A stretch of DNA of 34,538 nt from Klebsormidium nitens (Eukaryota > Plantae > Klebsormidiophyceae). A program made the position numbers and the translations under genes. A model generated the notes under the pieces. That model worked only from the letters and a program-made list of their open reading frames with translations, had not been told where the DNA came from and ran no database searches. The first letter of the stretch is position 1. Each line of letters starts with the position of its first letter. Below are positions 1 to 7,628 of this stretch, in pieces. The stretch spans positions 2,767 to 37,304 of the forward strand of contig DF237711.1 in assembly GCA_000708835.1 (NCBI GenBank), written 5' to 3'.

Positions 1-339
1 AAGAGGTTCGCCGTGCGCTTTTGTCAAGCGTTTCCAGACATCAAGACCATTAGCAAAGAGTTTGCTTTCATTCATTTTGGGCAAGTCGATATCAATCATA
101 ATAATGCTGTTTGGGCCCGATCGTCCGAATAGAAGGGCAAGGGCATTCTTGTCGGAACAGTTGCGAATTGTGTCTTCGTGCAACCCCCAAGAAATCTCAT
201 CCACGATGCTTGAGTATGAGCATCCAAAGCTCCTTGCGTCTTTCTTTCTATCCACTTTGTTCCATGTAAGCTTGAGCGTAACCGGCAGGAGATGAAGACT
301 CCAGTACGATGAGATGCTTTCATTGAGGTCCGGATTCAT
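1..339 (-). CDS. Prim-Pol (bifunctional DNA primase/polymerase, AEP superfamily) N-terminal domain protein, intronless, 3'-truncated by the window edge
   Basis: ATG at 339. The frame stays open to position 1, so it is missing from the ORF track. Translation: MNPDLNESISSYWSLHLLPVTLKLTWNKVDRKKDARSFGCSYSSIVDEISWGLHEDTIRNCSDKNALALLFGRSGPNSIIMIDIDLPKMNESKLFANGLDVWKRLTKAHGEPL. The segment N-A-L-A-L-L-F-G...I-I-M-I-D-I-D...N-G-L-D-V-W..L...H-G-E-P fits the Prim-Pol pattern (NxGhhTG...hhhhDhD...G...). The expected T-x-S-G-G-x-H motif would lie just outside the window. Confidence 0.75.
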   Translation of the reverse strand, partial: MNPDLNESISSYWSLHLLPVTLKLTWNKVDRKKDARSFGCSYSSIVDEISWGLHEDTIRNCSDKNALALLFGRSGPNSIIMIDIDLPKMNESKLFANGLDVWKRLTKAHGEPL

Positions 340-507
340 TTTAGGGCTGGGCAACCCTCTATGATAAGTACTAAGGAAAATAATTCCCGGAATCTGGACG
401 CGTTGAAATCTTGATTTTGAGAGAAATTGACCTCCATGCAAACGCATAAAAAGCAACGGCCGGTCCGATGGAACATGCAATGGATCAGTGCATCGTTAAC
501 AAGTCCA

Positions 508-780
508 CTAACAAATCTCGTTCATTGGGCTCAAATGTGAGTTGCCTTCTTGCACATACCCGGCAACTGCAAGCTTTGCCATGGTGGAGGGTCGAAGCCT
601 CTTGCCTTCGCAATATCGTATTAAAGCTTTACGTAAACATATCTCCACTTTAGCTTTGCTATAGTGTTTACGAGACCAATCTTTGTATTTGTCAAGATTC
701 GAGTGCCGATAGCGCGCTTCATACAGCCGCCGGTGATGGTTGGAATCAGGTTCTCTCGTGTCGGAAACCGACTCAGCCAT
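508..780 (-). CDS. Small basic hypothetical protein (90 aa), intronless
   Basis: ATG-started ORF rich in K/R/Y (RRLYEARYRHSNLDKYKDWSRKHYSKAKVEICLRKALIRYCEGKRLRPSTMAKL). It is co-oriented with and lies between the transposase and Prim-Pol ORFs, with an AT-rich stretch (~960-1000) upstream. No family assigned. Confidence 0.45.
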   Translation of the reverse strand: MAESVSDTREPDSNHHRRLYEARYRHSNLDKYKDWSRKHYSKAKVEICLRKALIRYCEGKRLRPSTMAKLAVAGYVQEGNSHLSPMNEIC

Positions 781-1101
781 AGCAACGTGCTTTACTGTCT
801 ACCCTATGAAAAGAAGATACTTTCCTGACGAATCACTAGATTCATGATGACGCCTGGGACACCTTGATCGCTCGCTATTTTCTCATGTGAGGTTTTTCAA
901 AATGGATACCCATGACTCAAAAACCAAGTGCCATGGTGCCAGAGAGTGTGTAGTGGAACCATGCTGTTGAATATTATTATACAAGTATATTCAAAAGGTG
1001 CCAGTAAGTGTCTTGACTCCCTTCTCTTCGCCCCCACATGAACGAGAGCATCCCACACGCTTGCGGGAAAGCTCAACAGCTATCAATCAACACATTATCT
1101 A

Positions 1102-4100
1102 TCACCTGTACAAGAGAGCTGCGCGAACTGCCGGCAACCAACGAACTACACTCCCAGCAATTCTGACCTTTTGGTCATCAACCCGTGTCAACTCTGCGTT
1201 GCGCCCGCTCACTACGTTAGCTAGAATGATCATGAACGCATTGAGACCGCTAAACCAACCTAGCACCTTGAATTTGATCAAGAAGGAGTTGACACTCTCC
1301 ACCGCAGAGGTGTTAACCCAGCGCACAGCATCGTAGTAGTCTGGATTGTACTGAGGACCGCAATTGTGCGCCTCTGGGCCAGTCTTCTGGAAGTGGAACC
1401 TGCATGTGCAATATCAAAGCATTTGATATGCACGCATACATCTTTTAAGAGGCGGCTGCTTTAAGCAGACATTAGGATGAGCCATCAAACAAAAGAAGTA
1501 ACTCTAGATGACGGGCCAAACTATTTTCGTTGTAACGAAGCCTTGAAATCTTTGTCGTCCAGTTTTTAGTGCCTCGACTGTCGCAAGTTCTGAGAATAAA
1601 GAATCTAGGGCCTTGAGAACTTTTGCCGTTCAGGTTTTGCAGATGATATGCATATATTAAAACGACAAAACGTGGACGGCGACTTGTTCTGTTCCCGAGC
1701 TTAGGCACGTGCCTCGACTGTCGCAAGTTCTGACTCCATAAAGGTTGATTATCTTGTCCTAGTTTAACGATCGATTCGCAAAGCATGGATGTATTTGCTG
1801 TTTACACACTCACCGGTCACAGAGGAACCGGACGTCAGCAAAGAACCCAGGCTCTCGGCGCATACTGTACGCGCGCAGCTTGCAGGCGTTGTCGTAGAAC
1901 AAAACGGAAGGCAGATTGTGCCGATGGAGGCGGGTGTACAACACCGCGAACGGATCACGAGGAGACTCTCCCCGAAGCATGGCGTGGAAGCCGTAGATCA
2001 CTCTGTGGGGGCACACGAACACAAATCCCCCCTTCGCCGTATGCTTCTGCAGCCGCTTGCCCGCCTTTTGACTTTTGGCTTTCGCAACCTTTGTATCATA
2101 CTCAGCCACGGTGAGACTGCTCTTACAGCGGTGCTCCTCGCTGCTCTCGACTGCCCGACCGAGCTCGTCCTCAAACGGCTTGTACTGGGGCAGAGGCCGT
2201 TTCTGCTCCCAACCGGGGAGGGGATAACAGCCGAGCACGTTCTGCTCCCGGCAGTACGGATGGTCTTTGGGGAGCGCTTCGAGAAGCCGTCCGTTTCCGG
2301 AGAGCCCTAGCCGATTGTGCAGCAGCTCGCGCTCGGCTTGGTTAAGAGCATACACGGAGGGGTTCGGTGGCTGCAAAGCCTCGACACCGGGAAGCAGTCT
2401 GTTCGCTCTCTCTCTCCAGAAGGTGTAGCTCTCGTCTCGCTCCTCGTTCCAAGACCCTTGGACGTCCCGTCGCAACTGCAGCAGCCAAACGCAGGCATCC
2501 AACCCCTCGATAGCAGACAGCGCCCACCCGGCTCGACCAACCCCCAGCCCGACTGCCCCGCGTCCAAACAGCGTCAGCCGGTACAAGTGGTGGAGCGTGG
2601 GCAGAAAGAAGGCCGGAAACACTCCATCGTAGCTATCCAGCAACCGACGAAGGATGGGCGCATGCTCAGCCAGCACGGCCTTTCCCCCCTCGTCTGCTGA
2701 ACCCCCCAGAAGGATCGTCCGAACAACAGCCAGCGCCGCCCCATGCTGGATCAGGTTGCTGTCGTCTGCAACAGACTGGGGGGTCCCCAAAGCGTAGAGC
2801 AGTTCCGCCCACCACTTTCGCGGCGAACGCACTCCACGGGGGTTGGCGCCCAGCGCAGCAAGGGTCTCCCCCCGGATCCCCTCCAACAGCAGCCGTGCAG
2901 CTCGGTTCTTCGATCGGATCTGCCCGATCTGCTCCTGCAGAAGGCGCCTCCTCCAGTGAAGCAGGACGGGCTCGGCATCCGCATTGTCGGGGTCGGGGAC
3001 AAACTCGGAGACGAGCTCCACGTCATCGCGATCCAGCGCAACCTAGGAAGAAGTCAAGAAGTCACATCCCTAAAGAGTGGAAATGATGAAGTGGGCATCA
3101 TCTGAAAGGCGCATTAAAATTGAGTTCCACAGAGCTAGAAGACCTCGTGTCAACCATTTTAAGTCCCACCAGAAGAACCTCGGCTAAGCATTGGAAGAAG
3201 ACATTTCGCCCATATGGAGCAGAGAGGCACCTAATAGCGTGCGCAGTTTGCGCGCAATCGCTTCCAAATTTGGAGGGTCTGAACAACTTTTAAAGACATG
3301 TCCGACCAATCTAGTTTGACTTTAGCTGATTTCAGCAGACCTTACAAAGGGTTTTTGGTCACAAGAATGATTTGTTTCACCTACCAACAGCTCATGAAAT
3401 TCACCCTCGCTCAACTGCGCCCCAAGATCCGGGTCCTTTGGATGATGTTGGCTGTAGCGCGCCAATAGAGCCCGCAGTTCCGGCTGGTGGATCAAGCGCC
3501 GCTTCAGCCCCCGCCCCTCCAGCCGCAGTCGCGCTGAAGTTCACACCGGCTTNNNNNNNNNNNNNNNNNNNNNNNNNNNNNNNNNNNNNNNNNNNNNNNN
3601 NNNNNNNNNNNNNNNNNNNNNNNNNNNNNNNNNNNNNNNNNNNNNNNNNNNNNNNNNNNNNNNNNNNNNNNNNNNNNNNNNNNNNNNNNNNNNNNNNNNN
3701 NNNNNNNNNNNNNNNNNNNNNNNNNNNNNNNNNNNNNNNNNNNNNNNNNNNNNNNNNNNNNNNNNNNNNNNNNNNNNNNNNNNNNNNNNNNNNNNNNNNN
3801 NNNNNNNNNNNNNNNNNNNNNNNNNNNNNNNNNNNNNNNNNNNNNNNNNNNNNNNCCCCCGCCCCTCCAGCGCAGTCGCGCTGAAGTTCACACCGGCTTC
3901 CATGTGCTTCACGACGTTCTCCCCGAAACCGTTCCGGCTCGGAGCTGTGAAAGGCCGGAGTTCGCTTGCCGCCGTCCCCGCGAGCCCCCCCTTCGATCTG
4001 CTACCATCCGCGCACGCTAGCCCGGCGATACCATTGCAGACCAAAACGTCTGGGTGAGGCCCGTAAAGGCTGCAGCACTCGAGGATGCTCCGCCCACACA

Positions 4101-6350
4101 GCCGGAAGAAGGCCAAGCAAACCTTTCGCCATGACTCCTCGCTGAGGAGGGGAGCGGCCCCCGGCGAGAAGAGCCCCCGGACCGCCTTCTGTGCACTGAT
4201 CAGGGCGCTGAACGCTGATCCTATCCCTTGAACCGAACGGAGCAGGAGCTGGCAAGTCTCTTGCCTGACGATGATGGCTCTGCTCCACGCGTACAGGCCA
4301 AGCGCTTCCCCGTTGAAGTGGACGGTGTGCTTCAACGGGCATCCGCAGCAATAGACCCGAACCTTGACCTGCAAGGATGTGCGCGCTTAGCCAACGTCCG
4401 TCCAGGTTCTGTCATCTATATTTTTTAAAATTAAAAACAATATTATAATGTTTATTATATGTGTCTCTGATGCAAAACCTGGACAAGATTTCGAAGGCAA
4501 AAATGAAGCCCAAGAATGCATTCGGATCGCCGTCCAGTTGTTGACAAAGAGCGCGCTCGAGTCGGCGGTCCAGTTTTTGCCAAAGAGTGCGCATTCAAGT
4601 CCCCGTCCACGTTCTGTCATCTATATATATGTGTCTCTGATGCAAAACCTGGACAAGATTCAGGTTTGCCGTCTCAGGTAGCCGTCCAGTTTTGCTCAGC
4701 GAGTTGACCGGACACGTGGCAACGCCTCGTGCGGACACATTGGCAGGCACCCTCACCTCAAGCTGAAAGGCTCTCAATCTTAAAGCTGCAGAAAGAACAA
4801 GCACCTTAACTTTGATCTGGCAAAAGCTTGCATCACGTACCTCTTGCGACCAGCGCAGTGAATGCACGCATGCGCTCTGCAGCAACGCTTGCCACGCGGT
4901 ACCACATGGAGCCAGTCCGGGCTTTGGGCAAGGTGCAGACAAGCACCCCGCGGCGCTCAGCTCCTCGAAGTCCCTCTGCACGAGCTCGCTCACTCTCACG
5001 GGCCGCCGCAGCGACGTCACCAGCGGATCGTGCACCTCGAAGCTGTCAGTCGGCCGGACCAGCTTAGGGACCTCGAGCTGCACACCTTTCGCGTCCAGAG
5101 GCAGCACCGGAGCCCAGAGCGGACTCCCGGCAACATGGGGGCAAGCCGAAGCTGGGCATACGCAGCTTACGCACACTCTGATTACGCTGCTCATTGCGTC
5201 CCTTCCGTCCCCTCCACCCAACGCCTGCGGCGCAGCGTGCGCAGGCACAACCTCTTCCTTTTCAGCTTGCAGCGCCCCCGTTCCCGTCAATTGCCCACCT
5301 TCCCGCTCTGGTTGAGCTGCCCAAAAAGCTTTAGACCTCTTCGGTCCCCGGTTCTGAGAAACTCGGTCCTCCCGGCTCCTGTCTTCCTCTCTTCCCCCCG
5401 GCCTCGCGCGCGTCAGTCCCGACTTGGCAGCACCCGATCTCGCAAGTCCCCCGCTCGAAATCTGCCCCTCCGAAGAGCTGCTGGTGCTGCTTACAGAAGC
5501 ACGATGCCCCCTTGCAGCTTGCCTCATGAGGCTGGCCCACGAGAAGCTCCTTCAGGTACCGTTCGACCGAAGACAGGTCGGACGACCCTTCTGCTGAGCC
5601 TCCCTCTTTCGACTCCAGCGCCCGTTCCCTCTCCTCCTTCCGGTCCGTTTCTAGCAACCAGGCACGTGCTCTTGCCAGCTGGTCATCGGAGAACAAGCAG
5701 CCGCTCACTCGCTCGATGCCTCTGCCTGGATTCCGGAGAGCGTCTTTGACAGCGCGTATGTGGTCGCAGTCTCCCGACGTGCTGCAACCCGACTGCTTGC
5801 CCTGGCAGTACCACGCCTCCCCCGCGCCCTCATCCTTGTGCACCATCGTCCGCTTGGGAGAAGGGGAAGCTGCGTTCCAGTAGACGCCAAAGACCCTTTC
5901 AGCCCCTCTGCTGCACGGAACCTCGATAACCCGCCTGCCCTTCTGGAGCGCAACGTGGCTGGCTTGCTGGCGCGACCCCAAAGCCGCGAGCGCCAACTTG
6001 TGGACGCATGGAGCATCCGGACCCAGGCGCCCGCGGTCGCAGGTGCAGCTGGACTTCCCAAGGGTGTTCCAATGGACCGTTTCGAGCAGGGCTGTGGACT
6101 TGCTTGGTCGTCCAAGGGGCTTTGGCCTGGCATCGTTGTGGTTCCAGACGGTCATGAGGTAGGCCAGGCCAGGGGGAACCTTCTCTCCCCGTTCAGAACC
6201 GCCCCCCAGCTCATAGATTGAGCACGTTCCGTTCTAAACGCCAGCAAGGAACCTCGTCGCTTGAGAGGTGAGAGAAGAAACTGCCGCGCCATCGGCATGA
6301 CAGCGCTCCTTGCTGTCTGAAGACTCGGCGCCTGATGTGGAGGGGTCTTC
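1102..6350 (-). CDS. KDZ (Kyakuja-Dileera-Zisupton)-type DDE transposase with SWIM and CxC zinc fingers, multi-exon, probably inactivated
   Basis: Inferred exons: 6350(or 6233)-4841, 4368-3405 (across a collapsible gap), 3278-3179, 3042-1814, 1399-1102. Splice sites read from the sequence: GAG|GTACGT...TTGCAG|GTC, GG|GTGAAT...TTCAG|A, GAG|GTTCTT...CCTAG|GTT, CG|GTGAGT...TGCAG|G; phases are consistent. Motifs: SWIM CTC-x10-CVH (~6047-6008); second Cys/His cluster WYC..C..CDH; YCCGCP..VHFNGEALGLY; CSLYGPHPDVLVCNG; FVCPHRVIYGFH...GESPRD; LFYDNACKL; and, after splicing, DRFHFQK....HNC...NTSAVESVNS. The last three match the KDZ catalytic core. Confidence 0.85.
1569..1733. repeat. 25-bp exact direct repeat inside the last transposase intron
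   Basis: GTGCCTCGACTGTCGCAAGTTCTGA at 1569-1593 and 1709-1733. Confidence 0.9.
3553..3855. other. Assembly gap (N-run) with duplicated flanks
   Basis: 3508-3552 is nearly identical to 3856-3899, differing by one base (CCAGCCGCAG vs CCAGCGCAG). Confidence 0.95.
4400..4660. repeat. Tandemly duplicated unit inside a transposase intron (4369-4840)
   Basis: GTCCA(G/C)GTTCTGTCATCTATAT at 4400-4421 and 4605-4626. TATATGTGTCTCTGATGCAAAACCTGGACAAGATT at 4456-4490 and 4626-4660. Confidence 0.9.
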
Positions 6351-6882
6351 CTGCGATGGACAAATTGTGATCATCTTCAAATCAATATTTGGAGTGAGCC
6401 ACCGCCAATCAAGCGTGAGCTAACAAGTGAGAAAGGCGCAGAAGGTACTGACCGAAGGGCACAATCCTCACGAGTTTGCAATCATACTGGACTTTCTGGC
6501 CACAAAAGCAGTGTAAAAGCTCTTGAATTACTCAATTGCAATCAGTTTCTTGCATTTGAGAGGACAATTAACAATTTAGCTTGCTCTTTTGTACAGTTAT
6601 TAGGTGGTGGAAGCTTGACACCTCTGGCACCTTTTATATATATTAGTAAAAGTATATACACTACACAATTGCACTGCACAACTTTAACGGCGTGGCACCT
6701 TGGCACCTTGGACACCTCATTTTCAATCATGGAACTTTCATTCATAAAAAACCTGAACGAAGCAAAAACAAGAGGTGGGGGTGTCCAGGGTGCCATCCAA
6801 AAATGAGACCATTGGCAGGGCGCGGCAGTTTCTGAGGGGCTCAACACCAGATCAGAACCTCACTGCACATTGAATAACTCAC

Positions 6883-7488
6883 GTTTGCGCTTGACGTCAA
6901 CTTGCGCTTGACGTTTGCTCCAGCAGTTCTCCCCCTGTTGAGCGCGCTCTCTGCAGCGGATTTGGCTACCTTGCCTGTAACTGACTGTCTGCTCAACGCA
7001 TCCCGCACCACCAATCTCTCTATGCAAGTGCTTGTAAGCTCTTTGACCTGCTTCCAGGGAGTCCCCTTCGATTCACGCTTGAACCACGTCTCACTGGTTG
7101 CTTGCTTCTGTGTCACGATTACTGAGGTCTCACTTACATGAACAATGCCAATCAAGTGGTCCACGCAAGAAAGACACAAAGGCTGCACGTGTTGCTTGCA
7201 CTTAACGGCTGACGAGATGGCAAACCCAAAATACTTATGAGACTTGCGGAAAGTGATCTTTTGTGTCGCTTCTTGCCCACTCTTGACTAGCAAGGGCTGC
7301 TTGCATAACACGCACTTGCTAGCTACAGGCGTTTCGCTGAACAGAAGGGCAGGATCAACAATGTATCGACCAGTCTGCAAACTCTTCTGGTCATCAAACC
7401 CTAGGTTGAGAGCTGGGCGAACCCTCTGCTGAGATGGCATGGTCCCTGGTGCATTGCATTGGCTCGGGTTGTAGTCGCCGCCTACCAC
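6883..7488 (-). CDS. Cys/His-rich ORF, likely first exon of the transposase gene or an accessory zinc-binding protein
   Basis: 215-aa ORF (6841-7488) with CVLC...CKQH-x4-CLSC. A strong phase-0 donor AAC|GTGAGT at 6882 is compatible with the phase-0 acceptors at 6351 (TCGCAG) or 6234 (GTTTAG). Confidence 0.55.
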
Positions 7489-7604
7489 TTGGATCTGAAG
7501 TTAAGACTCGGAAGAGGCTCGAAGTACGAATATCCAATTCAAGTTTTGTGGGAATTTATACCTCACTTTTTGGGAACCAGTCTGGCCTTCATCATAGTAT
7601 GACA

Positions 7605-7628
7605 CTCGACTGCTCGACTGCTCGACTG
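7605..7628. repeat. (CTCGACTG)x3 tandem octamer
   Basis: Three exact copies read directly from the sequence. Confidence 0.9.

Noticed and set aside
1569-1733. 25-bp repeat pair as a CRISPR array
   Set aside because: Only two copies, 115-bp spacer, located inside a spliceosomal intron, no cas genes.
1789-3105. Plus-strand ORFs (173, 127 and 120 aa)
   Set aside because: Antisense shadows of the GC-rich transposase exon; no motifs.
4812-6221. Plus-strand ORFs up to 295 aa
   Set aside because: Antisense to the SWIM/CxC exon, with low-complexity Ser/Arg/Pro composition.
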